A stretch of 64,000 bases of DNA from an uncultured Chloroflexia bacterium (lineage in GTDB: Bacteria > Chloroflexota > Limnocylindria > QHBO01), in assembly GCA_963770875.1 (NCBI GenBank), contig CAVYRE010000006.1, forward strand, positions 27,836 through 91,835, written 5' to 3'. Of the stretch, positions 52,446 through 62,373 are shown in pieces (position 1 is the first letter of the stretch; each line of letters begins with the position of its first letter). Under the pieces are notes generated by a model. That model was not told where the DNA came from. It saw nothing but the letters and a program-made list of their open reading frames with translations, and did not search any database. The position numbers and the translations under genes were made by a program.

Positions 52446-53420
52446 AGTACCGGGACGCGCTGCGGCCGCGCTCACGAGGAGATGACGCGCGACCCGCTCG
52501 TGTTCGTCATGGGTGAGGGCATCGCCGAGCGGGGCGGCTCGTTCAAGGTGACGGAGGGCCTGCTCGCCCAGTTCGGACCGGACCGCGTCATCGACACGCC
52601 GCTGAGCGAGGCGGGCTTCACGGGCATGGGCGCCGGGGCGGCCATCGCGGGCCCGCGGCCGGTCATCGAGATCCTGTTCATCGACTTCCTGCTGCTCGCC
52701 GATGGACCAGGTGGTCAACCAGGCGGCCAAGTACCGCTTCATGTCCGGCGGCCAGGGGAGCGTGCCGCTCGTCATCCGGACCCAGGGCGGGACCGGCGAG
52801 TCGCTGGCCGGGCAGCACTCCCAGAGCCTCGAGGCGATGTTCTATCACGTGCCCGGCCTCAAGGTCGTGATGCCCTCGACGCCGTACGACGCCAAGGGGC
52901 TGCTCAAGTCGGCCATCCGGAGCGACCAGCCGGTCATGTTCATCGAGCACAAGCTGCTGTACATGACCGATGGCGAGGTGCCGGACGAGGAGTACGTCGT
53001 CCCGCTCGGAGAGGCCGAGGTCAAGCGACCCGGGTCCGACGTCACCGTGGTCACCTAGTCCCTCATGACGCTCAAGAGCCTCGAGGCCGCCGAGGAGCTG
53101 GCCGCCGACGGGATCAGCGTCGAGGTGGTCGACCTGCGCACGCTCTCCCCGCTGGACTGGCCGCGTGCTCGACTCGGTCCGCCGGACCCATCGGCTGGTG
53201 GTCGTCCACGAGGCCATCAAGCGCGGCGGCATCGGCGGCGACATCGCGGCCACGGTCGCGGAGGAGGCATTCGACAGCCTCGCGCGCGCCGATCGTGCGG
53301 GTCGCTGGCAAGAACACGATCATCCCCTTCAACCTCGCCCTCGAGAAGGCGTCGGTCCCGCAGGTGGCCGACATCGTGGCCGGGGTTCGCTCGGTGGTGG
53401 GTGCGCCGGCACGCACCTGA
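52442..53420 (+). pseudogene. E1 beta subunit; at least 5 frame breaks plus an in-frame TAG at 53056-53058
   Basis: [78 protein letters not shown] and [19 protein letters not shown] overlap with E1 alpha. Confidence 0.8.
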
Positions 53421-53428
53421 CGATGACG

Positions 53429-54188
53429 CTAGTGCATCCCGCGCCCGCCGGCGACGATCAGCAGCTCGCCGGTGATGAAGGAGGCCTCGGCCGAGGCCAG
53501 GAAGACAGCGCAGCCGGCGACGTCGTCGGGCGTGCCCCAGCGGTGGAGCGCGGTTTCGTCGAGGATGCGCTGCACGATGGCGGGATCGGTGTCCTCGACC
53601 ATCTCGGTGCGGATCCAGCCGGGGCAGATGGCGTTGACGGTGATGTACGGGCCGAGCGCCAGCGCCATCGCCTTGGTCAGCCCGTTCATGCCGGCCTTCG
53701 AGACGACGTACTCGGTGAAGCGCATCGCCGAGGGGTGGTAGAGCCCCGAGTTCGACGACATGTTGATGATCGTGCCGCCCTGCTGGGCGATCATGATCGG
53801 CGCGACCGCCTTCGAGCACAGGTAGGCGCCCTTGAGGTTGACGTCGATGGTCCGATCCCACTCGTCCTCGGTCGTCTCGAGCACGCCCTTGGCGACCATG
53901 ATCCCCGGCGTTGTTGAAGAGGATGTCGATCCGGCCGTAGTGGGCCATCGTCTCCTCCACGAGCCGGTCGACGTCGGCCTTGCTCGAGACGTCCGCGGCG
54001 ACGGCGATCGCGTCGCCGCCCGCCGCCTTGATCGCGTTCACCACGGCCGCGGCCTCGGCCGCGCGCGCCTCGTAGTTGACGACGACTCTGGCGCCCTCGA
54101 CGGCGAAGCGGAGGGCGATCGCGCGCCCGATCCCGCGCGACGCGCCGGTGACGATCGCGACCTTGCCGGCCAGGCGGTTCACGGACAT
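53429..54188 (-). pseudogene. SDR-family oxidoreductase; one frame break near 53905
   Basis: VAIVTGASRGIGRAIA and NNAG (ORF 53217-54191), then YVVSKAG (YxxxK) and the C-terminus (ORF 53429-53899). Confidence 0.8.
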
Positions 54189-54661
54189 CACTCCTCCTTC
54201 CTTCCGGAAGCATCGCGGGCCTTCCCGGCGTCGAGCGCGTCCATTTTCGCGACCTTGCGGGCGGAGTCGCCGCCCTGGAACTCGGAAGCGAGCCAGTGAT
54301 CGACCAGGAGGTCGGCCACCTCGGGCGGCACCACGCGCGACCCGAGGCAGAGCACCTGGGCGTTGTTCGACTTCCGCGCCCGCTCCGCGGAGTACGGGTC
54401 GGCCACGTTCGCGGCCCGCACGCCCGGCACCTTGTTGGCGGTGATCGCCATGCCGATCCCGGTGCCGCAGACGAGGATCGCCCGCTCGAAATGCTCCGCG
54501 GCAACCTCGCGGGCCACGACCACCGCGACGTCGGGGTAGTCGGCGGGGGTCGTATCGGCGACGCCGAAGTCGACCACCTCGTGACCCAGGCCGGTGAGGT
54601 GGGCCTTGACCGATTCCTTCAGGGGATAGCCGAGGTGATCGGCTCCGACGGCGATCTTCAT
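54188..54661 (-). CDS. rpiB: RpiB/LacA/LacB-family sugar-phosphate isomerase
   Basis: MKIAVGADHLGYPLKE...ILVCGTGIGMAITANKVPGVRAA. Start ATG at 54661 overlaps the upstream TIM stop as ATGA. Confidence 0.85.
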   Translation of the reverse strand: MKIAVGADHLGYPLKESVKAHLTGLGHEVVDFGVADTTPADYPDVAVVVAREVAAEHFERAILVCGTGIGMAITANKVPGVRAANVADPYSAERARKSNNAQVLCLGSRVVPPEVADLLVDHWLASEFQGGDSARKVAKMDALDAGKARDASGRKEE

Positions 54662-55422
54662 GTGGCTGCCTGCTCCTTCACCGCGCCCGCGGTCGCGATC
54701 CGTGCAAAGTTGACCGGGTCGAGCGCGAAGCGCCCCACGAAGAGCCCGCCGACGCCTGGTTCCTCGAGCAGCCTCGATGCTGCGTCGACGTCCACGCTGC
54801 CGCCATACAGGATTGGCACCTCCGCGCCGCCCGGGCGTTCGGCGAGCCACGCCCCCAGCGCCCGATGCACCGCCCCCACCTCCTCGGGGGGCGCGGCGAC
54901 GGCCCCCACGCCGATCGCCCAGACCGGCTCGTACGCGATGACGATCCTGCCCAGGTCCGCCGGCGCGACCTGCGCGAGGCAGCGGCCGACGTCGTCGACG
55001 AGGAACGGGACCGTTTCGGCCAGCTCCCCGCGCCGCTGCTCGCCAACGCAGATGATCGGCCGCATCCCCCAGCGCAGCGCCGCCACTACCTTGGCCGAGA
55101 TCAGCTCCGGGGCCTCGCCGTAGTCGCGTCGACGTTCGGAATGCCCAACCTCGACGAAGCGGCAGCCGAGGTCAGCGAGCATCGGGGCAGAGATGTCGCC
55201 GGTGTGCGCACCCGCGTCCGCCGCGTCCACGTCCTGCGCGCCCCACGCGATTCGGGTATCGGCGAGGCGCTCGCGCGCGACCCAGATCGAGGTGAAGGGC
55301 GGCAGGACGAAGAGGTCGCGGTCGTCGAGGTGCGCCACCAGGGGGACGAAGTCGCGGAACCAGCGATCGGCCTCCGAGGAGGTCAGGTTCATCTTCCAGC
55401 TGGTCCCGATCAAGGGTCGCAT
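54658..55422 (-). CDS. Triosephosphate-isomerase-family protein; a paralog lying outside the glycolytic operon
   Basis: IGTSWKMN, EVGHSERR, IAYEPVWAIG and YGGSV motifs. 254 aa starting from the ATG at 55422. Confidence 0.8.
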   Translation of the reverse strand: MRPLIGTSWKMNLTSSEADRWFRDFVPLVAHLDDRDLFVLPPFTSIWVARERLADTRIAWGAQDVDAADAGAHTGDISAPMLADLGCRFVEVGHSERRRDYGEAPELISAKVVAALRWGMRPIICVGEQRRGELAETVPFLVDDVGRCLAQVAPADLGRIVIAYEPVWAIGVGAVAAPPEEVGAVHRALGAWLAERPGGAEVPILYGGSVDVDAASRLLEEPGVGGLFVGRFALDPVNFARIATAGAVKEQAAT

Positions 55423-55519
55423 CGGCGCCACGACGATAGCATCCGCCGTGCTTGACGGCGCTGCCACAATCGATTTGTTCGGCGACCCGGAACGGGCGGC
55501 AGCGCAGGTAGGAGAACCG

Positions 55520-56023
55520 ATGAGCAGCGGCACGGGCCCAACCCACATCTCCCAGGTTGCGATGGTGGTCCGCGACCTCGACGCGAGCATGAAGATGCTC
55601 TGGGAAACCCTCGGCTGGGGACCGTGGAACGTCTACGAGCACGTTCCGCCGAAGCTCCACCACACGCATCTACGGGGCCAGCCGACCGCGTTCTCGATGC
55701 TCGGCGCCGAGTGCGAGGTGCAGCCCGGACTCGTCTTTGAGCTGGTGCAGCCGCTCGACGGCCCGAGCATCTACAAGGAGCACCTCGAGAAGTACGGCGA
55801 GGGGGTCCAGCACATCGCCTGCATGATGCATTCACAGGGCGACTCGGACGAATTCAAGAAGGAGTGGGAGGCACGGGGCGCCAAGGTCGTGATGGGTGGC
55901 CGGATCGGCGACACGATCGAGTTCTACTACCTCGACACCGAGCCGATGCTCAAGTTCGTGCTCGAATCGGGCAGCGGCCACGCGATCGACCTCACTCCCG
56001 TTCGCACCTATCCGCCCTCCTGA
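55520..56023 (+). CDS. VOC (glyoxalase/bleomycin-resistance/dioxygenase) family protein
   Basis: ISQVAMVVRDLDASMKMLWETLGWGPW...GVQHIACM. GGAGAA RBS upstream of the ATG at 55520. Confidence 0.7.
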   Translation: MSSGTGPTHISQVAMVVRDLDASMKMLWETLGWGPWNVYEHVPPKLHHTHLRGQPTAFSMLGAECEVQPGLVFELVQPLDGPSIYKEHLEKYGEGVQHIACMMHSQGDSDEFKKEWEARGAKVVMGGRIGDTIEFYYLDTEPMLKFVLESGSGHAIDLTPVRTYPPS

Positions 56024-56057
56024 TCAGTCCATCGCGCCGATCACGCCCGCCGGCGCC

Positions 56058-57125
56058 ATGCGCATCCTGATCGTCGGTGATTCGTACTTCCCGTCATCGG
56101 CCTATCGCGAGCCATTTGAACGACTGGCAGGTCGCCACGAGCTGACCTTCGTCGACCTGGCCGATGAGCCGGGCTGGGTCGCCGGAACCCCTTCTGAGCA
56201 GCGCCTGAAGGAGACGTTCGGGAGCCCGGCTGCGGTGATCGGCGCGCTCGATCGTCACGAGGTGATCGTCTTCCAGGGCGCCGCGATCAGCGACGCCGTC
56301 CTGGATGCCGCACCCCGGCTTCGCGCGATCTGCTGCGCCCGCGGCGGTCCGGTGAACGTGGACCTGGCCGCCGCCACCGAGCGCGGGATCCCGGTCGTGA
56401 CCACGCCTGGCAAGAACGCCGACGCAGTCGCCGACCTCGCGATCGGCTTCATGGTGATGCTGGCACGGCGCCTCCCCGAGGTGGTGCGACACGTCGAGGC
56501 GGGAGGCATCTTCGGCCACGACAACTACGAGGGGAGCCGCTGGTTCGGGCACGACCTCGCCGGGAAGACGCTCGGCCTCATTGGCTTCGGGCAGGTCGGG
56601 AGCCGAGTCGCGAGGCGGGCGGTTGCGTTCGGGATGCACGTGGTCGTGCACGATCCGTTCGTGCCGGCCGCCGCGATCGCCGGCGCGGGAGCCGATCCGG
56701 TCGACCTCGAGACGCTCATCGCCAGCGCGGACGTCGTCTCGCTCCACGCGCGGGCGTCGGCCGACAACCGGCACCTGATCGGAGGCCCGGAGGTGGCGCG
56801 CATGAAGCCGGGATCGCTGCTCATCAACACGGCGCGCGACACGCTGGTCGACGAAGAGGCGCTCGCCGAAGGGCTGGCCAGCGGCCGGCTCGCCGGGGCG
56901 GCGCTCGACCTGGTGAGCCCGTCGCCCCCAACGGGACGGCACCCGCTGCTCGCCTTCCCGAACGTGATCATCACCACGCACATCGGGGGAGCCACCTTCG
57001 AGACGCTCCAGCACGCGGCCGAGATGATCGCCGCGGAGATCGAGCGGCTCGAGGCCGGGGAGCCGCTCCTCAATGTCGCGAACCGGGCCGGACTCGAGGC
57101 GCGCGGCGCCGGCTCCGCCGCCTGA
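56058..57125 (+). CDS. D-isomer-specific 2-hydroxyacid dehydrogenase family, NAD-binding
   Basis: [17 protein letters not shown] (Rossmann), [21 protein letters not shown]. Confidence 0.8.
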   Translation: MRILIVGDSYFPSSAYREPFERLAGRHELTFVDLADEPGWVAGTPSEQRLKETFGSPAAVIGALDRHEVIVFQGAAISDAVLDAAPRLRAICCARGGPVNVDLAAATERGIPVVTTPGKNADAVADLAIGFMVMLARRLPEVVRHVEAGGIFGHDNYEGSRWFGHDLAGKTLGLIGFGQVGSRVARRAVAFGMHVVVHDPFVPAAAIAGAGADPVDLETLIASADVVSLHARASADNRHLIGGPEVARMKPGSLLINTARDTLVDEEALAEGLASGRLAGAALDLVSPSPPTGRHPLLAFPNVIITTHIGGATFETLQHAAEMIAAEIERLEAGEPLLNVANRAGLEARGAGSAA

Positions 57126-58699
57126 TGACTCACCTGCTCGCGATCGACCTGGGGACCGGCAGCTGCCGCGCGGTGATCTTCTCGACCGACGGGCGGCAGC
57201 TCGCCATCGGCCAGCGGGAGTGGTCGCACGCCGCCCTGCCCGGCGTCCCGGGGTCGCAGGTATTCGACACGGAGCGCAACTGGCGCCTGATCTGCGACTG
57301 CATCGGGGAGGCGCTCACCGCGGCCGGACTACGGCCGAGCGAGATCGGGGCGGTGAGCGCGACCAGCATGCGCGAGGGGATGGTCCTCTACGACGCCGCG
57401 GGACGCGAGATCTGGGCCTGCCCCAACGTCGACTCCCGCGCGGCCCACGAGGCCGCCGAGCTGGTCAGCAGCGGGCAGGCTCGGCGCATCTTCGAGATCG
57501 GCGGCGACTGGGTGCCGATCACCTCGCCGGCGCGCTTCCGCTGGATCCGGCATCACCAGCCCGAGGTCTTCGCGGCCATCGCGCACATGGGCATGCTCAG
57601 CGACTGGGTCCTCTACCGGCTGACCGGTCGATTCGTCACCGACCCGAGCGCCGGGTCGAGCTCCGACCTGTTCGACCTGCGCGCCCGCAGCTGGTCACCG
57701 GAGATCCTGGAGCTCGTCGGCCTCTCGCCGTCGATCGTCCCCGAGGTGCTGGAGCCGGGGCAGTTGGTCGGGCCGCTCCACGCTCGCGCGGCCGAGGAGA
57801 CGGGGCTGGCGGCGGGGACGCCGGTGGTCGTCGGCGGGGCGGACACGCAGCTCGGGCTGGTCGGGATCGGGGTGGTCGGCGGGGACCGGCTCACGCTGGT
57901 GGGCGGCAGCTTCTGGCAGCTGACGGCGGTCACCGATGCGCCCCTGATCGACCCGCAGGCCCGCGTCCGCACCCTCTGCCACGCAGTGCCGGGGCACTGG
58001 ATGACCGAGGGGATCGGCTTCTACTGCGGCATCGCGCTGCGCTGGTTCCGCGACGCCTTCTGCGAAGGGGAGTCGGCCGAGGCGGTTCGCCGCGCCGTCG
58101 ACCCGTACGTGGTGATGGAGGAGGAGGCCGCTCGCGTGCCGCCCGGATCGAACGGCGTGACCGCCATCTTCTCGAACGTGATGAACGTCAAGCGCTGGGT
58201 CCAGGCGTCACCCTCGTTCGTCGGCTTCGACATGGAGCAGCCGGCAGGGTCGAATCGGGCCGCCTGCATCCGTGCCCTCGAGGAGCAGGCCGCGTACGCG
58301 TCGCGTGGCCATCTGGCGATCATCCGGGAGCTGACGCGGCGAAGCTACGACGATTTGGTGCTCACCGGTGGCGCCGCGAAGGGCCGGCTCTGGCCGCAGA
58401 TCGTGGCCGACGTGCTCGGCCTCACGGTGCGCCTGCCAGAGGTGAAGGAGTCGACGGCGCTCGGCGCCGCGATCTATGCCGGGATCGGGTCGGGCGCCTA
58501 CGCGACCATCGACGAGGCGATCGCCCAGCTGGTCCGATTCGAGCGCTCGGTCGAGCCGAGCACCGCCGCCCACGAGGCGTACGACGCGCACTTCGCCCGC
58601 TGGAGCGAGCTCTACGGGCGCATGCTTGCCCTGTCCGAGGATCGCCTGCTGCGACCGATGTGGTGGCCGGCCGGCGCGGACGCGGCAGAGCCCTCCTGA
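57125..58699 (+). CDS. lsrK: FGGY kinase closely resembling autoinducer-2 (DPD) kinase LsrK
   Basis: [16 protein letters not shown]...[19 protein letters not shown]...[30 protein letters not shown] parallels E. coli LsrK as recalled. One-nt overlap with the upstream stop. Confidence 0.7.
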   Translation: MTHLLAIDLGTGSCRAVIFSTDGRQLAIGQREWSHAALPGVPGSQVFDTERNWRLICDCIGEALTAAGLRPSEIGAVSATSMREGMVLYDAAGREIWACPNVDSRAAHEAAELVSSGQARRIFEIGGDWVPITSPARFRWIRHHQPEVFAAIAHMGMLSDWVLYRLTGRFVTDPSAGSSSDLFDLRARSWSPEILELVGLSPSIVPEVLEPGQLVGPLHARAAEETGLAAGTPVVVGGADTQLGLVGIGVVGGDRLTLVGGSFWQLTAVTDAPLIDPQARVRTLCHAVPGHWMTEGIGFYCGIALRWFRDAFCEGESAEAVRRAVDPYVVMEEEAARVPPGSNGVTAIFSNVMNVKRWVQASPSFVGFDMEQPAGSNRAACIRALEEQAAYASRGHLAIIRELTRRSYDDLVLTGGAAKGRLWPQIVADVLGLTVRLPEVKESTALGAAIYAGIGSGAYATIDEAIAQLVRFERSVEPSTAAHEAYDAHFARWSELYGRMLALSEDRLLRPMWWPAGADAAEPS

Positions 58700-58713
58700 A
58701 AGGACCTTCGACG

Positions 58714-59589
58714 ATGCCCGAGGCCGACAGCAGCGAACGCAAGCAGTTCCACGAGGAGGTGCCGCAGGCCCGCGAGGCGTTCTTCCTCAAGGGATCGACC
58801 GCGTACGACTGGGGCATGCAGCATCGCCTCGCGCGCATCTTCCGCCCCGAGGACGGGCGCACGGTGATGCTCGCCATCGACCACGGCTACTTCCAGGGTC
58901 CGACCTCGGGGCTCGAGCGGGTCGACCTCGACATCGTCCCGCTCATCCCCTACGCCGACGCGCTGATGGTCACGCGCGGCGTCCTGCGCTCCGTCGTCCC
59001 ACCCGCCATGCAGCAGGGCGTGGTGGTCCGCGCCAGCGGCGGACCGAGCATCCTCAAGGAGCTGTCGAACGAGCAGATCGCGATGGACGTGGACGACGCG
59101 GTGCGCCTGGGAGCCTCGGCGATGGCAGTCCAGGTCTTCATCGGCGGCGAATTCGAGACCCAATCGGTGCACAACATGACCCGGCTCGTGGACGAGGGGC
59201 TGCGGCGGGGCATCCCTGTGCTCGGCGTGACCGCGGTCGGTCGGGAGCTGGTCCGCGACGCCCGCTACCTGGGCCTCGCGACGCGGATCATCGCCGAGCT
59301 GGGGGCGCAGCTCGTGAAGACCTACTACTGTGACGAGGGCTTCGAGCGCGTCACCGCCGGCTGCCCCGTCCCGATCATCATGGCCGGCGGGAAGAAGCTC
59401 TCCGAGCTCGATGCACTGACCATGGCGCGCCGGGCGATCGACGCCGGCGCCGCGGGCGTGGACATGGGCCGCAACATCTTCCAGAGCGACGCCCCGGCGG
59501 CGATGATCCAGGCCGTGCGCGCGGTGGTCCACGACGGCGCGAGCCCCGCCGAGGCGCTGACCACGTACGACCGGCTGCGCGCCGCCTAG
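58714..59589 (+). CDS. lsrF: LsrF-like class I aldolase-fold enzyme (3-hydroxy-5-phosphonooxypentane-2,4-dione thiolase family)
   Basis: [40 protein letters not shown]...[27 protein letters not shown]...[11 protein letters not shown] is near-colinear with E. coli LsrF as recalled. Confidence 0.75.
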   Translation: MPEADSSERKQFHEEVPQAREAFFLKGSTAYDWGMQHRLARIFRPEDGRTVMLAIDHGYFQGPTSGLERVDLDIVPLIPYADALMVTRGVLRSVVPPAMQQGVVVRASGGPSILKELSNEQIAMDVDDAVRLGASAMAVQVFIGGEFETQSVHNMTRLVDEGLRRGIPVLGVTAVGRELVRDARYLGLATRIIAELGAQLVKTYYCDEGFERVTAGCPVPIIMAGGKKLSELDALTMARRAIDAGAAGVDMGRNIFQSDAPAAMIQAVRAVVHDGASPAEALTTYDRLRAA

Positions 59590-59596
59590 CGGACGC

Positions 59597-60391
59597 CTAC
59601 GGGGCGAAGGACATCCCCGGGATGGGGAGCTCTCCCTCGGTGACCTGCGCGTCGGGCGGCGGGCTGACCGTGACCGCCTCGTCGAAGTTGCTGAAGGTGA
59701 GGGTCACGCTGAAGGTGCCCAGCGTGTCGCTCGCGACATCGGTCGAGACGGATGTCAGCCACAGCTTCTCGCGATCGAAGAGCAGGTTCAGCACCAGCGC
59801 GTCGCCAAAGACGGTCGAGGGATCCATCGACGCGACGGCTCCGGCGTCCTTCATGAGGCTCGACGGGATCGAGACACTGACCTGGTAGCACTGGCGGTCG
59901 CCGCAGGCCACGTCGGCCAGCTTCTTGGTCTCCACGCCATCCTTGGCCAGGAAGTCCTTGACCTTCTTGACCATCGAAGCGGTATCGATGGAGGCGGTCG
60001 GCGCGAAGCTTGCTCCGGCGATATCGCTGCTCGACATGTGCGAGTACTTGTCGCCGCTCATGCTCGTCTTGACCCACAGGTCCTTTCCGATCAGCACGAC
60101 GTCGCCGGACAGGCCCAGGAAGGCGGGGACGGCGAAGCTGAGGTGGGCAAGTTTCCCGCCGATGTCCACATCGGCCTCAAGGCTGGTCGACTTCAGGTCG
60201 ACCGTGCCCCCGGTCGCGGACATCTTGAAGGAGCCGTCGAGGGCGAGCGACACGTGGAAGCTCTTGAGGCTGGTCGTTGCCGTCAGCCCCTGAGTGATGA
60301 TGTCGGTCGGACTGGCGATCGCCGGCGAACCCTGGCAGGCGGCCAGGACGGTGATCATCAAGGCCATGGCGGGTGCGAGTCTGCGGAGCAC
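59597..60391 (-). CDS. Secreted lipoprotein, LolA/LppX-like fold suspected
   Basis: Lipobox LAAC after the signal peptide. 264 aa, beta-rich. No catalytic motifs seen. Confidence 0.55.
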   Translation of the reverse strand: MLRRLAPAMALMITVLAACQGSPAIASPTDIITQGLTATTSLKSFHVSLALDGSFKMSATGGTVDLKSTSLEADVDIGGKLAHLSFAVPAFLGLSGDVVLIGKDLWVKTSMSGDKYSHMSSSDIAGASFAPTASIDTASMVKKVKDFLAKDGVETKKLADVACGDRQCYQVSVSIPSSLMKDAGAVASMDPSTVFGDALVLNLLFDREKLWLTSVSTDVASDTLGTFSVTLTFSNFDEAVTVSPPPDAQVTEGELPIPGMSFAP

Positions 60392-60480
60392 GGGTGGCCC
60401 CTCCCTGTTCTGAATTGCAAGCAGGATACGCGGTCGCGCGGCCGCCCGCGCTACACCGATGGTCCTGTACCGTTGGGCCG

Positions 60481-60936
60481 ATGCGCCGCGTGTCCGGAAC
60501 CGTGCTGATTGCCGCCTCGCCGGCGGAGGTGTATGCGTTCCTGTCCGAGCCCACGAACGTGCCGCGCTGGCAGACGGGGGTGGTCTCGTCGGAGCGAACC
60601 TCCCCGCCGCCCACCGTCGCCGGCTCCACAGGGCGCGTCACGCTGGATGTGATGGGGCAGCGGGTCACCGCCAATACCACCGTGCTGGAGGCCGTACCGG
60701 ATCGGCGCTTGGCCCTGACGACGAGCGCGAGCGGGATGTCGGTGGTCGGGTCGCTTGACCTGATCGCGGCCGAGGGCGGGACGAAGCTGACCTTCAGCTC
60801 GGAGGTGAAGGCCGACAGCATCTTCATGGCCCCGCTCGAGCGCATGGTCACCGATGCCATCGAGAAGGACATGGAGGCCAGCCTGACCCGGCTCAAGGCA
60901 GCGCTGGCGGCGGACCAGCACGGCCCAGGGGCCTGA
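60481..60936 (+). CDS. SRPBCC (START/polyketide-cyclase-like) family protein
   Basis: VSGTVLIAASPAEVYAFLSEPTNVPRWQTGV... typical of Polyketide_cyc2. ATG at 60481. Confidence 0.7.
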   Translation: MRRVSGTVLIAASPAEVYAFLSEPTNVPRWQTGVVSSERTSPPPTVAGSTGRVTLDVMGQRVTANTTVLEAVPDRRLALTTSASGMSVVGSLDLIAAEGGTKLTFSSEVKADSIFMAPLERMVTDAIEKDMEASLTRLKAALAADQHGPGA

Positions 60937-61017
60937 CCGATCGCCAGTCCGGGATCCTCGCCGCCAGAGAACAGCCTGGACGTCGCCCTGCGACCGGCAA
61001 CGCTCCGGGACGCGGAG

Positions 61018-61443
61018 ATGGTGGCCGAGGTCTACCTCCGGTCCTTCCAGGCCGCGTATCGGTTCCCGATGGCCCACACGGACGCGCAAGTCCGGACCTG
61101 GATCCGCGACGTCGTCATTCCCGCCCGTGAGACGTGGGCAGCAGTCACTGCCGACGGCTCGATCGTCGGGATGATGGTCCTGGACGGCGCTGAGCTCGAT
61201 CAGCTCTACATCGCCCCGGGCTGGACGGGCCGGGGGATCGGCGGCCGGCTCGTGGAGCTCGCCCAGGGGCTCCGGCCGGGCGGACTGTCGCTCTTCACGT
61301 TCCAGGTCAACCCCGGGGCCTGCCGCTTCTACGAGCGCCACGGATTCGTCCTCGTGGACGAGACCGATGGCGCCCGCAACGAGGAGCGGCAGCCTGACGT
61401 CCGCTACACGTGGCCCGGACGCGCCGCCGAATCGCCTGTCTGA
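61018..61443 (+). CDS. GNAT N-acetyltransferase
   Basis: QLYIAPGWTGRGIGGRLVELA...FYERHGF. The similarity seems to extend upstream (LRPATLRDAE) where there is no ATG or GTG, so the true start is uncertain. Confidence 0.7.
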   Translation: MVAEVYLRSFQAAYRFPMAHTDAQVRTWIRDVVIPARETWAAVTADGSIVGMMVLDGAELDQLYIAPGWTGRGIGGRLVELAQGLRPGGLSLFTFQVNPGACRFYERHGFVLVDETDGARNEERQPDVRYTWPGRAAESPV

Positions 61444-61634
61444 GGGCGGGCAGGCCGGCTGATATACTCCCGCCCGAACGCGATGACGCGGGAGCAGTAG
61501 GCGTCCGCCTCGATCCGCAGCGAGCCGGGATGGTGCAAGCCGGCGATCGGAGAGGCCCCGAACTCGCCCGCCGAGCAGCCGCCAGCAGCGGCCGGGATGG
61601 CGTCCGATAGCAGCGCCGATGAGTGGACCGACGT

Positions 61635-61710
61635 GGGGTTGTAGCTCAGCTGGGAGAGCACCTGCATGGCATGCAGGGGGTCGGGGGTTCGAGTCCCCCC
61701 AGCTCCACCA
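61635..61710 (+). tRNA. tRNA-Ala (anticodon GGC)
   Basis: 76-nt cloverleaf folded by eye: GGGGTTG/CAGCTCC acceptor with G3:U70, anticodon loop ATGGCAT, T-loop GGTTCGAGTCC, encoded CCA. Confidence 0.9.
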
Positions 61711-61803
61711 ACCCAATCGGTCAAGTCAGCGTGGTACCGCGAAGGCCCCCCTTCGTCCTGACGAGGCGGGGGCTTTGTCATACCCAGCGCAGGAGTAACC
61801 GCA

Positions 61804-62373
61804 TTGACGCTCAGCGAGGCAGAGGCGCGCACCGCGATCGACGGACGACGCTGGACGCTGCGCCCCGCCCGGCCCACGGACGCCCGGCCGCTGGCCACCC
61901 TCTTCGCCGCCGTGCGCCGCGAGGGGCGGTGGCTGGTGACGCCGGCAACCGCGGTGAGCGAGCCGTCGGAGGCCTTCTACATCGGCGAGATGATCCGCGA
62001 GCCGCAGAGCCTGGCGCTCGTGGCCGAAGCGGAGGGCGAGGTGGTCGGCAACGTGCTGGTGAGCGTCGAGCGGAGCATCGTGAGCGACCACGTCGGCGTG
62101 CTCTCGATCTGCGTCGCCGACGGCTGGCGCGACGTGGGAATCGGCTCGGCGCTCGTCGCGGCGGCGCTCGACTGGTCGCGCCAGCGCGGCCTGGCCAAGG
62201 TGGCCCTCGGCGTCTTCCCGGACAACGACCGGGCGATCGCCGTGTACGAGCACGCCGGGTTCGTGCGCGAGGGGCTGCGTCGGCGCCAGTACCGCGTGCC
62301 GGGGGGCACCTTCCGAGACGAGGTGCTGATGGCATGGTTCCCGCCCGAGCCATCGGGAGGGTCGCAATCGTGA
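61804..62373 (+). CDS. GNAT N-acetyltransferase
   Basis: LRPARPTDARPLATLF...VADGWRDVGIGSALVAAALDWSR...AIAVYEHAGF. TTG start. Confidence 0.8.
   Translation: MTLSEAEARTAIDGRRWTLRPARPTDARPLATLFAAVRREGRWLVTPATAVSEPSEAFYIGEMIREPQSLALVAEAEGEVVGNVLVSVERSIVSDHVGVLSICVADGWRDVGIGSALVAAALDWSRQRGLAKVALGVFPDNDRAIAVYEHAGFVREGLRRRQYRVPGGTFRDEVLMAWFPPEPSGGSQS

Noticed and set aside
61470-61634. Possible SRP (4.5S) RNA, suggested by GATGACGCG and GCCGGGATG strings reminiscent of E. coli ffs.
   Set aside because: The conserved helix-8 GGAA tetraloop / AGCAGC context and a long closing helix could not be found on either strand. The resemblance is limited to short words.
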